A stretch of DNA of 64,000 bases from Blasia pusilla (lineage: Eukaryota), in the NCBI GenBank assembly GCA_050084515.1, contig CM114271.1, positions 23,870,001 through 23,934,000 on the forward strand, given 5' to 3'. The notes beneath the pieces were generated by a model. The model was given only the letters and a program-made list of their open reading frames with translations. It did no database searches and had not been told where the DNA came from. Of this stretch, positions 11,900-24,800 are shown piece after piece. Both the position numbers and the translations under genes were made by a program. The number at the start of each line of letters is the position of its first letter. Position 1 is the stretch's first letter.

Positions 11900-13170
11900 G
11901 CCCTCTCTAACTCTCGATCCGGACATAATTCAGGATGTTAACTAAAACACCTAGCGCATGTATGACCATACCTCTGATAATAGTCACACTGATAAACTCC
12001 TGGTGCAGCACCATCTCCTCCTCCATGCTGAGGCACACGTCCATGACCCTGACAAGAGCAATCGCGTTGATGATAGGCTCCACCACATGACCAACAAGTA
12101 ATAGTAGGCGGCTGCTGCTGAGCCGCATATGAAGGCGCACGTCTCTGTGGCACGGCCTCTTGGTATCCTCCCTGAGCTCATGGTGCCACAGTCGATCTGT
12201 CTCGAAGTCCATGTTGCTGCACAAGAAGTGCAGACAATCGTGACTGCTCTCGCCCTGAACCCATGGTGGCTATGCTCTCCTCCGCCATGTTGTGCTCAAT
12301 GTTCTCGGCGTTCTTAAACACATTTCTCAACGTAGGGGAGGTGTTCATAAGAAGCACCCCTCCCACACCCGTGACCGCAGGGTCCGGTCGAGCATCACGT
12401 ACCATGACTGGATAGCATGAGCCTCTATCACCCCTTGAGTGACGTTGATCACCCGGTGCAAGCGAGTGTAAGCCTCCGTAACTTCTCCGTCCGTACCCCT
12501 TGATAGCTCGCCGTCCATTCAGCAAAGAACTCAACCACAGGGTTGAACCTAGGACAAACCGGACTGGACGATGCAACTGCCCCAGTCCAACTCACCCCTC
12601 CTAGAACATCACTAATGGAAGACGAAGTAGCCTCTCCTAATTCCTCCTCCTCATCTGGGAATGGCTCTATCCATGACACGTAATGTGGGTCATAGTAGAG
12701 CCTCCATGCCTCGATCTCACGCGCATATCTCTGAGAGAACTCATGGTAATCGTCCATGGGCGCCCCTTCTAAATGCTGGAACATACCGTTCCATGCTGTA
12801 AACGGGTTGAACTCTCTAGAGTTCGTGGCCCGCTGGAAGTCGCACCAACTCCTAAACTCTGCTATGAAATCGTGCAACTCAATCGTGCCTACTGCAACTG
12901 AAAACCTACGCGGTCCTCTACCCGGGTCATCCATCTCGTACTCCCAACTGGTAGGACCACTCACAATGTGTGGCGATGTGATCACAAACTCCTCTACACC
13001 CTCCCCCTGGTCTGACGATGACACAGAAGGAGGTCGAGGTGGTCCCTCACGTGAAGACCCTCGGAACCTCACGCCACTCCTGATAAAACCTCTAGAGCTA
13101 CTCTCGGGTTCACCACCTCGGCTCTCAAAGTCCCGAACGGACGCCGTAATGACCCTCGTGCCCCTCTCAC
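11900..13170 (-). pseudogene. Copy A gag with two CCHC zinc knuckles
   Basis: ORF 12449-13072 plus TCWSCGGAYHQRDC and YQCDYYQRYGHTCARC (degenerate CX2CX4HX4C). Start codon not determined. Confidence 0.75.
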
Positions 13171-13730
13171 TTGATCACCTGGTCGACGGTGATGGCGCCG
13201 CCAACGGTGGCTGCTGCTTTAGGGTTTTGATTTTTACCCTAAAATTGGCCATAACTTTCTGCTCACAGCTCCAAATTGCGCACCATCTATTGGACAACTT
13301 GCACAGCTTCAAGATCTACGATGGCGTCAAAAAATATTTTGAATCAAAAAATCCTATAAAAACTGATGGGGATTGTCGTAAGCCCCAACGTCTCTTTCTT
13401 CTACACAAAATTTGGCAGCGCTTCCGCGCTGATTTCTCCCAATGAAAATGTAAAACCTGTGAAACGAAAAATCACAAAGCTACATGGTGCTCTCGAGAGC
13501 ACCGGCGTGAGTAATCCGCCCCCACACTCAAATTCTACAAACATTTGGGCAGCGCTTCCACGCGCCACTCTTCCGTACGAAAAAATGGTAAAGGAAAACA
13601 ACAAACTAAATGATTCTTGCTCCCGTGAGCACTCCCATGAGTCATGAAGGAGGGTACACGGTCCCTAGCCTGCAAGCATAGCGAAACTCCAGCAAGCTCC
13701 CGCATTGTAGCTCTCATTCTCTCTTTGTAG

Positions 13731-14239
13731 AGTAAGATCCAATCTCTCTCTACACCATCTCACACCATAACTCTCAAAGGTGTGCACTCTCTCTCATGTC
13801 AAACCAAACCCACTCTCCTAATGAGAGGCTTGGGTAACACTCACAAGGCAAGGGACCATAGCTCCACAACCTCATGCCAAGAGGTTCAACAAAGAGAGAA
13901 TGAGCTCTCAAGCTCTCTCTCCTTGAGGTATACCCCTTCCCTTTCCCAAGCTCTCTCCATGGTAACCTATTCTCCCAAGTCACCTCCTTGGCTCTTGACC
14001 TGATGTAGGAGGTCAAGGGATACTTACCATAAATAGAAAGTCGACCATATACTTAAAATGGTACTTACCTAAAATAGTAAGTTCCTCAATATGGCTCCAA
14101 ATGAGTCGAACGAGGGGAAACCTGCTCTCTCAGGTTTCTCGGGGCCTCAGCAGGTCATCCTCGACCTACTAAGCGTGTCCTCCACTACTCATGAAGACAC
14201 TCTACCAGATCTCACCGATCTATCCTAAAAGACGTGACA
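13731..14239 (-). repeat. Copy A terminal repeat A1 (5' end, starts TG)
   Basis: Matches A2. It is followed directly by leader sequence, not by B. Confidence 0.9.
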
Positions 14240-16204
14240 GACTACAAAGAAATGTCAAACCATTCAAAAAATGCATGAAAATTGTAAAAAAAATCCTAGA
14301 AGAGCAAGAAGTCAAGTTAACATAGGGGGGATGTTGTGTGTTGAGCAAATACACATTGCAACACAATGTATGTCGGGTTGTTAACATCCACATAACAAAC
14401 ATCGGCGATCTTCCCATCACACAAGTAGATCCATACACATAGAAACATATACTCAGACATGTAAAATTAGACCAAAAAATAAAATTAAAAAATAGCTCAC
14501 CCAATCAACTCCACCCTCAAATCTACATTTAATCATCAAGCCACATCCACCCTCCATCGTGAGGAAATTTGGATTCTAATGCTCATGTTCCTACCAAATA
14601 TTAAAACAATGAGTGCTCTAAGGGCAAAAGATGAGAAAAATGGCTAGAACGAGCAATCTCCCCATCTTTCATACCCTTGGGAAGAGACAAAATAGCTCTT
14701 TCTCCCAAAATAGCCAAAAATGATAACTTTGCGCATAAAGATTATTAGGTGATTGTTGACTTGGTCATCTAGCCCGAAATAGCAAAAGAGAGGTTTTTTT
14801 AGAAATAATAATCCCCACACAATGTGATTGTCTCAAATTTCATTCGATCACTCAAGAAAAAGTTATGTCTAAACAATCCATTAACTCCCTAAACCATTGA
14901 CACTGTAAAACTCTACATGTGAGCCGACTATAATGTGACAATCTCTATGTGAGTGGTGTCCAAAATGTTTTTGGATACCTTTGAGTGGTCCCATTAGGGC
15001 ATGTAATATAGACCCTTATGAACTTCCTATGACATTAAGAGAGGAGTCTTACATCACATGGTCAAAAAATGGTCTCTATATCTCAATGTACCTTGTAGTA
15101 GACATAAAACATTTGACCAACCACTTCATGCATGTTCTTTATCCAATCTTTAATATTTAAATATTTATGAATTCTATAATATAAAAATCATATGAGTTCT
15201 TGATTTGTCAAGAGTATCTATGTTCACATTACTTAAGCAATGTTAACATCCCGACTTAAGTAATGTTCATGATTTCATGTAAAAATCATGAACATCCACA
15301 TAACAAACATTACATGAAATCAACAACAGATATAAGTAGTTGGGCAATGGAGATAAATGAAACTACTAGAGAAAATTGGACTTTTAAAATGTCCATGAAA
15401 TAATACTGCTTATTATGCATAAGTGTTGATGTAATGAAAACTCCAAGAGTGTATGATTAGATGTCCTCTTCTTTGCAAGTAAGTTGTGAACAAAATGACA
15501 TTATTATTTGTTCCACATTATTCATGCATCCATAATCTTCAACGCTATTAACATGCCCACACATAACCAAAAACAATTGCTTCATGTTGGAAAAAATGCA
15601 TTCTAGTCCACTTCTTATTTTATTTTTTCTATGTGAAAAACATGTGTCATAAAATGATAACCTTCAAATTATTTGAGATTTTCATGAATTGCTCTTTAAA
15701 TCAACTATATTATCATTAGAGGATTGATTGTAATTTTCAACACTTTAGTTGCAAGACTCATGGCAAATGATTGACAAAGAAAAATGTCAAATTTTCTTAA
15801 AATTTTGTAATTTCAATCATGTATTATAAAAATTCTTAATTTATACTAATCTCACTAGTATAAATTAGTGTAGAACCACACTAGTCTAATAATTGGGCCA
15901 CTCAAAGTTGTGACCACTTTGAATCTTATTACAATTGGCAAAACCTCTTTTCCGAATATTCCCACTCACCTACAATAGAGAGGGGGGCGGGCGGTTTTAT
16001 GCAAGGCCATAACCAAAATGGACGGGAGGATTTTGGGATGACCACGGTATAGGGAGGTTCCAATGTGGGGACTCCTCGTGGCGAGAAGACAACAAAAGTA
16101 GTGATCATGGCTAGGTGCAAACGACAATGGACTCAGACCTACCATTGGCAATAATGGGAATTTCTATAGAATTATCTCGTGGGTGCTATCTTAAGATGTA
16201 CGAG

Positions 16205-16568
16205 TATGTATGTTGCCCCTGCGATGCACAGGTGATTTCGTTTTCCTCTTAATTTAATGATCTTTAAAAAAAAAGGGAACATGTGTCAACAATAAGGCCT
16301 TAAAAGGGACAGGTGTCAACAATAGAAGGACCTTGAAAGGATATGTGTCATCACGGGATGAGGGTTTCTCTAACCCCATCCTCTTTTACTTAATTACTAG
16401 CCGATGCCTATGCTATGCACTGTGATACTTAATATTTTTTTTTTACCTCTCCTTAATTCAACTCCCTCTCCAAAGTGACGTGAGTCGACATCATAGGAGC
16501 CCTTAGAGGACATGTGTCAACACCTAATGAGGGTTTCTTCAAACCTCGTCCTCTTTTCATTATATAGA
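16205..16568 (-). mobile_element. Two tandem short non-autonomous Helitron-like elements
   Basis: The unit 16397-16568 reads A|TCTATATAATG...imperfect hairpin...CTAG|T on the minus strand. The adjacent unit (~16205-16396) shares gacatgtgtcaac/atgagggtttc/tcctctttt blocks and a gcccctgcgatgcacagg hairpin remnant. Confidence 0.5.
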
Positions 16569-18878
16569 TATAGACAAAGGCCGATAGGGTAGTCACAATT
16601 CCCATTAACATATTTTTATGCTACCTATTTGACTCTGTTTTCAATATGCCTAGCATGGAGGCTATTAAAAATAAAAGAACCCTCCTCTCTTAATCATACT
16701 ATTAAGGGCGTTAGCCTTTGCTAAGAAGCTTCTAGGGAACGCCACATGTGAAGCCGGTCAAATATCCAATTATTGTTTAATTTTCCCTATACTAAGCTAA
16801 GATTTGAATAGAAAAATATTCTATTTAAAATAATACTTTTTATTTTTAAAGACAAATTAAAAATATCAAAAAACAAATTTTTAAAAAATTATCAGTTTAT
16901 TTTTTAATTTTATTATTTTTCAGCATTTAAGGAAAAATTTTAAAATTAAAATTTCAAATTAATTTTACCCTATATTAAGTAAAAACAAGAACTGGTAAAG
17001 TTTTCATAATAATTATTTATTTATAATTAACTCAAATTAAAATATCTTTCCCTATTTAATCTTTCCTCATTTGAAAATATCAAATTATTTTTTCTCAAAA
17101 AAAATTTAAAGTTCAGTTGAGGGGAAATTAATTTTTCTTTTGGGAAAAAATTGAAAGAATAATAGGACACTAATGGGAAAAAAAATATTTTTCAAAATAA
17201 GGGAAGACATATTATTCCTATTTATTTTTAACTTTAAAATTAGATTGGGAGAAAATTTAATCACTCTTTTAGGAAAAAAATAAATTATTTTCTTTTATTT
17301 ATTGAAAGGCAAGGATTGGAACGGATAAATTATTTTTCAAAATTAAAAAACAAATCTATGAAAAATCGTCTTGAAAGAATTAGATGTATTATAAAAAATT
17401 TCATGTTCTTTATTTTTTATCGTAGTTTTAAAAATCAAACTTGTGTTTCCAAGTGAATGGCAATGAAGAACTGTAAAAATTTAGGCCTGCCTACCTACAA
17501 GTGTCCATTATGAGCTCATTAAAGGGTCGATTCCATGGGCCCACGCGGAGGTCGCCACGACCGTCCACAAATCCGATGATCACCAATCCACAGTGACATA
17601 AGCACACGAAGCTCAAAAAGCCGAGGATCACAAATAAGTGGAGTGAGAATAAGCCCCAAAATCCGAGGATCACAAAGCCCGACTTAATGATCGCCAAGAC
17701 GGCGGGCTGCGTTCGGCGTACTTTCTCAAGGCGGAGGTCGTGATCAATTCCGTAAAATGTCAAACAGAATGAACCCGATATATTTCATCACCGGACATCA
17801 GTCAAAAGAAGCGATCCTGATCGATTCCATCACCGGACGAAAAGAGAAAATGATTTTCTCGACAAAGCTCGAATCTGGACGGTCGGACGCACATTGGAGA
17901 TCCGTCCCGAAGTTGGGGCGGGTGGATTAGAGTATGTTGCCTGACCAGAAGAGATATAATTGATGATGGCCGCTGTGGAATTTCGTGTTCGTCATGGCAT
18001 CGCTCATTTGGAGGGGGATTTGACAGACGGGTGAATGGACGGATTCCGTCATAGTGCTGCCAGATCAAACCTCCATCTCTCGAGTGCGTTCGCGTTCTTG
18101 AATCCGGTTTACCGTCTGCGCTACTGGTCGAAACGCCTTTGCAGCTGCTGTGCTCGAGGTTCAAATCTCAAAAGGGACAAGCGACTCTCAAAAAGCAATA
18201 CCCGAGAGAAGCTACAACTTTTCAGGATTTGGGAAAGCTAGATGGAAGCAAGAACGTTTTGAGATCAAACCGTGCAGGTTCCAAAGAGGTTCGGTTGGGA
18301 GATGTAATCTTCAGCGGATCAGCCATACATATTTTCGCCATGTGATTATCACGTACACTTTCAGTTCGAATCTAGCAATTTAGGAACTGCTCGTGTTATT
18401 TGATACGGGAGCCATCGGCATCCATGAGGTTGACAAACCAATCCACTACTCCGTTCTGGATTGCTTAAAACACAGTCTTCCCCAAAGGCGTTATACCCTG
18501 CAGGTTGCATAGAAGATGCGTGTAGATCAACAACATACATTGGCAAACAGGGCCCTGAAGAATTAGTAGTACCTCGGCCCTCCCTGAGATGGGAAATACG
18601 CTCCGATGACCTAGAGGAAAACCCGTTTCCATCTCTTCAGCTTAAAGAGGCAGTGCCTGCCCGCCCAGAGATTGAGATGGCAGCCACTTCGCCAACCACA
18701 TGATTTGATGTCACGCCTCCTCCGATTCTGACCCTACTACAAAACCTCATTCCTCCCTGTTCTATTTGGTGGATCTGACACTGCCTACAATAAAATTACA
18801 TTCGTCGGGGAGCTAGGGCTGATGTTCATTTTGCATTTGGTGCTGTGATTTCAACCCATTCATTACTGTGACTTCCAC

Positions 18879-21800
18879 TCAGTAACGCGCTCCTGTCTTC
18901 CGGTAATGAACAGCGGTAAGGGTCTTATCGTCCTATACAACGATGAATGAAGTACACATGTCAGCCGCTCTAAATGTAGATGTGCAATTACAAGATGCAG
19001 GATACAAACCGAAGCGATTACCAGCTCAGAAGGCGAGTAGTGCATTGGTATTTCGGAGATCGATAAACACAGTCATGCCTTCCCATGATGAAACGTTCTT
19101 TAGGTGTTAGCTCATGGAGATGCTGTGAAAAGGAATAGAGGAACGAACAAATTGAGACAGTTACGAATCTGTGGGATAGAAGTACCTGAAGTGCTCCAGC
19201 TTCTACTGTAGCATACAACACCCAGTGATCACCTGTCTCCAAACGGCTTCTCACAGTGCACTCCATCCAAGATATCTGCAAGCAGTGATGTGCCTTAGTT
19301 CGTAGATCATGGCACTTCAGAACTGATCTGACTGATCCCAACTTTTCGTTGAGAGCCTTTTCGAAGGTCTAGAGTCGTCTGTTTTCTCTTCAGTGATTCA
19401 CTTAATTCAATGTTGGAGAAATTAGAGATTGTAGACAGCATTACAGATATCTGGTGACTCCTTAGAGCCACCAGTTTTAGCATCATGAGGCACAGTAAAA
19501 CTCATCCGACTAATCTGAACTCCCCCCTGGAGAACCATTCCGAGCACCTGGAGACACCTATTTTCTCCAGAGGTTCACTCAATTCAATGTGTGAGGAGTT
19601 AGAAAAAGAAAACAGAACAGAACTACAGATATCTGGTGACTCAGTTTTGGCATGATGAGGCACAGTAAATCACACTTCTTTGGAGAAAACGATCCACCGC
19701 ATATAACAAGTAGATTGGAAACGATGGTAAAAATTGTATCTCATTGTTGGAATAAAAGAGCCTTATTCAAGAAGAAGTGGGGTCGCTCCGAAACTCATGC
19801 CTTGTACTCATGTAGTACAAGGCACTTTGGGATAGAGAATACTCGGCTTTGTGAAGGTCACTGAATTCACGGCGTGCATAAGCAAAATCAATACAGTACA
19901 CCTACCGCATCGTTGAGAATAACTCCGCCATTGCTTGCTACTTTGGTCTCAAGGCCTGCTAGACGCGGCTCTCCGGGCTTGAATGGCTTCAAAAGCTGTT
20001 TCGCAATAGCACCACTCTTGTTCTGGCCGAGCACGTTAAGCACGAACTTCCCTCCTACCAACACAAGTCCTTCCACCGCTCTGTCTTTGGCTACCTGCAT
20101 GGATGATAACCTTCACTAAGATGTAAAGCAGAAATTTTTTGATCAATCCGATCAAGACTGCATCTCCCAAGCATTACATCATCTATGAGAACATCAGGAT
20201 TCTTGCGTTAATACAGAAAACCTGTCAGCATGCTTCTCCCAACCACACCCAGGTCTTAACCATACTACCACTCTTTCAGTGCTTAGTCAACTAATTCACC
20301 GCAGGGAGACACTTCCCAGTCGGAAATGATAAACCAAAAGACCATTACAACAACTCTTGGTTTCTGAGAGAATCTTCTCAAGTCTGGGAGCTCAGTTCCC
20401 CTGTTTAAGTTTTATCCACTATCACATCGTCAAGTACATTGTGGCAGTTCGGCTTCGAGCACCTTATAACATCTCCAACCTTATTGGCTTTGGAGAGATT
20501 CCAACTATCAGCAGAGGCATTATACCTTCAACTAAACAGTCCACTAGGAAAGTTTCAAGAGAGAGTGGAAAAGTCGCTATGGAAACACAACTACCTTGAC
20601 AATTCACCTCTGTTACAAACGGTATGGCCAATTGTGTGCACACATGAGAGTTGAAAACTGCCATTCATCTTTACAGGATAGATGTATTGAGACTCACCGC
20701 TACAGTAAGGCCTGGAGGAACAAAACTAGCTTGGCTCACCCACGATGCTAGCATGGCACTCTCTGCATCTCCATCTCTTGCTGTCAAGACGCACAAGGAG
20801 CCCACTACTCTCCCTACTGCCTGTCGCCATCCTCACAGTTACAACTATTAGTGAATCCATCCGCAACACTTCTTACTTCTGCAAAATCTGCACACCATCT
20901 AAGACAGAATTGGGGAGAGTATACAAACTCATGACTTTCGTTGTCGATTCAAGTCTTTTCAAGCATTGTAGATGCTGGAAAAATGAAGTTGTAGCTTAAA
21001 TATGAGTCACAACATCTGTACGTGACAATGCTGAAGAAACCACTTGCTTTTCAGTAAGCGATCAAAAGCATTTCTGATCGGAAGTTATCAATCTTACACA
21101 TTGCAAGTGAGACTGAAATCCAGTTACGTCATCATGAAGCACAGACAAGAAACACACAAACCTGTTCAACATTTGAAGCCACCGTGAATTGGGGAGAAGC
21201 CTCCGTGCGCCTCTTCAAGTTGAATCTCTTCACTGCTTGTGCCAAGTCCGTCCCACTTTCCTCACAAAGTTGTAGTGTTGCCTCAGTGGGCTGCATTTTA
21301 AAGTCCAACATTCCTTTAGAGAGACTTGCTGAAGCAGAAATCTCATGTAAAATTGTACAAGTGTGCAAGTGGTGACACAAGAAATTGCAATTGGGGGCGG
21401 AAAGAGAGCTGAGGAGGAAATTAAAACTTGGGGTCCCAAGTAAGGCACCGGTGCTTGCCTTGAACTTACACCGGATGGTTGGGAAAGCCAAAGTAAAATC
21501 ACAGTCTTTCAAACGCTGCTCGATCATATCTACCGCCTCTCCACTCCATCCAAACGATCCAAACACACCGCAAGGCTTCACTTTTGAGTTATCATCCCTC
21601 AAAATTACTCCCAACGCGTTCTGCCACAGTGAACATTGCCGCAGTCAGAACAACTTTACTCCGATCAAGAGATGAGTATATTCTCCGAACCTGATTTGGA
21701 GGCTCTGGACTAGATACGAGGTAGGTGACTTCTGCCAGATCTGAAAAATTGACGGAGTGATGACGATAACTATTCGAAGACATAGGTTAGCAGGCTGACC

Positions 21801-24800
21801 ATGGACGAACTCTTAATGCTTCAAAACCTCACAACAATCATTCTGTTTCAAAACTCAAATAGGCTGAAACAATTATTGTGAAGGGATTAATCGAGAGGAA
21901 TCATGAAGCATCACATCTTGACAGATTATTATATTACCGATATTGGAGTTGGCATGTGACCTCCGAGTGTAGGACTTCCGATGACAAACCCAGAACAACG
22001 TTGGAGAGATGAAATAAGCTCCTCAGTTGAACATACTTCCATGTTCAGTGTTTCAATCCCAACACCAGCTTTGCTTATACCCCGACTAGTAGTCATAGGT
22101 CAACAATTCGAAATAAAATTAGTTCTAAAATAGGGTCGTGCTTTTAACTGCCTCCCGCAGAACGGGAAACACATACTTATCACGACTTCTCACTCTCTGT
22201 TGGGTCACTTCATCAACTCGTTCAAGCAGACAGAAACCTAAATGTTTAGACGGCCAATGCCTAGAATTGTGATTGAGCCAGAATTCCATGATGCAGTGAA
22301 GGATTCACAAGTCAGAGGACTTCAAGCAGCACAGAAAATCGTTTCGTTTAATAAATCTTTGAAATATCCATATTTTCTTATCCCAATCCTCAAAATTTCT
22401 GTACATGGAACAACTATAGATCATTGCGGAGTAGCCGAAGTTGGTTAGGCAGGACTTAATCCTCTACATATTTGTCTTTGGGTTAACCAAAGGAAATTCA
22501 AGAGGACATCGCTATGTACCTGATCGCTTGGGCTAGCGCAGTGGTGTTTCCATAAGCTGAGGCGTATATCACAGCAATAGTTGCATCTGCTGCATGCTTC
22601 AGTTTATCTGTTGTCCACTGCAGTAAGCTCTAGGATGAGACTGTTTTTTTCCTGAACAGTTGCTTGATGCAGACAGTACACTACTAGCATCGTAGAACAG
22701 TGTCAAAAAATTTGTTGACGTGAATGGATTCAAAAGCAGATTTGGCTTCTTCAACTTGTGATCTTCAGTGCGTTTGAATTCATCTGATCTCATGGGCATT
22801 AGGGCTATAGACCCAAAGAAGTAGGAACTTACTTATGTGGCACACGAGATGAGCGTCCATGAGCAACTATATGTCATGCATATAACAAAGCTGGAGATAA
22901 CCTAGAGCTTACCTCACCATACTCGCGGACAAGTTCTGTAATTGTGGAACGCACAATGGGTCCATGGAGAGGACAGATAGCAGTTGTCACTAGTTTCCCT
23001 TCACCTTCATCGAAGAGCAAAGATTTACTTATGGGTAATTTGAAGACTTCCAGCACAGTTGTTGCTAAGAACTTCACATCTGCCTGTATCAGAAAAATGT
23101 GCACAAGGGCATGAATACGTTCAGCATACATAGACAACTCCGGTGCTTCTGTGGGTGCTACCACTGATGGTCCAAAGATAAGTTAGGCAAGGCCCGCCAG
23201 TAATTCGGAGAAAGGTCGAAAACTTCGAGCTATAAGTGACGACCAAGCAGATGACATAAAACGTCACAATGACAAATTTGTGACCCTACAGCAGCTATGA
23301 AACAGATGGACAAGACTTGTAAATGAAACAATTCTTCAGATAGAATCAAACATCGCGCACAAAGAACCACGCGAAAAACACCTTTGCTCGATGACCCCGC
23401 AGAAAAGATGCATGTTTTCAAGTCTACAAACCTTCACAACATCAACGCCTGTCCTCCCCTTGTAGCTGGGCTTTGTATATTGCGCAACCACAGGCAGTTT
23501 CCCCAAAGCAGCCTCCGCCTGTATGACAACAAACCAGAGCTGATGATCAAATCTCATGCGCCTCATAAGTCTACACTACAATTATTATGGAGCTCATGCA
23601 TATTTGCACCAGGTGAGGTTGTACCGATTTCTAGGCACACGATGATTGCAACACACATTCTAATCCACTGAATAAGCTCCATCTTGTGTACAAACTAAAC
23701 GACTACTGCGCAGTCATAACATTGAAGTAGACCTGTCTTGGTGAAGGTCCAAGCATGCAGTCGTAAAAGTAACGCCAGTCTTCTCCATATGCATCCCAAC
23801 CTCCAATGTCGTAGTCGTTGGGCTCGCAAACATGTGCACTGACAACAGCAAAATGAATCAGCATGAGCCCAATTGGTGTCTAAAATCTCAGATTTCTTTC
23901 TAGGACGCAAAAGCCATCACATATTTTTTCAAAGCCATTGAAGACCGCGATTATAAGGAGGACAGTGAGGGTGTGATTGCGTCCTCTGTCTGAACGGCTT
24001 GCATCAATTTGATACAGATTAATTCCATAAAACACGGAAAAGCTTGAGTCAAAAAATACAATTGTGCGAGAAGATCACAAATACGTGCAATCTCGAACAA
24101 GCTCAAGATTCGCATCCCAGCAACCACAGAGTAGATGAAATAGCTTCTGCATTCTAGCAACAAGCCTACATTGTCATCAGCACAGACCTTTCAATCCTGG
24201 AAGAAAAGTTATCCGCCTTGAACACCATTAAGAGAAAGCTGATTGCTAATAGTAAGCCGACGCAGTTTTGTGACTTTAGGGGGACGAACCTGAAAATCTT
24301 CTGTGAAAACAACAGTTGCGTTGCAGGATCATAAGTGCACATTCCATCAGGCCATCGAGGTGTTGGAGTCAAGATAAATTGAAGCTCATGTCCTGCACGC
24401 CAGCAGTACCTTGATTCTTTTTATGCACCGATGATGATCAAAACCAAGAGCACTCAAATTCACATGATTTGACGTAATGCACATCGCACATCAGCTAGAC
24501 AACAATCACGTGAAGTATTTTCACATACGATCATCCTTTCATCCATCCTCATGGATACCCTGGCTACAACCTCGAATCAGCTAGATCCTAATGTTGAGGA
24601 CGGAGGTAATTGGTCATTTCATAAAAGATACCCGCATTTTTAGTTACAGAATTGCATGTAGATTGCATGAGTGCCTGCAAGATGTATCCTACCTCCTCCA
24701 AGATCAAGCCCATCGCCTGGTCGTACAACTTTGATTGAGATGGATTTTTCTACGGGACTATCTGCAAGTGAATTTCTCAACAACAGCGCTGCTGGGTTGG

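Larger units (their letters stand above)
4981..14239 (-). mobile_element. Copy A: Gypsy-like retrotransposon with DNMT3-like methyltransferase, PHD finger and split direct repeats (full length, decayed)
   Basis: Minus-strand ends are TGTCACGTC (14239) and GCGCACGACA (4981). A 4-bp TSD GACT lies at 4977-4980 and 14240-14243. Domain order is gag-PR-DNMT-RT-RH-INT-PHD; repeats are arranged A1...B1-A2-B2. Confidence 0.93.

Noticed and set aside
4981-14239. Classification as a DIRS/Ngaro tyrosine-recombinase element because of the split repeats
   Set aside because: No tyrosine recombinase motifs are seen. A DDE integrase, aspartic protease, TG..CA ends and TSDs are present, and the methyltransferase is C5-type, not the Dam-like domain of DIRS.
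16780-17450. AT-rich block as a MITE or origin
   Set aside because: No convincing terminal inverted repeats or TSD found.
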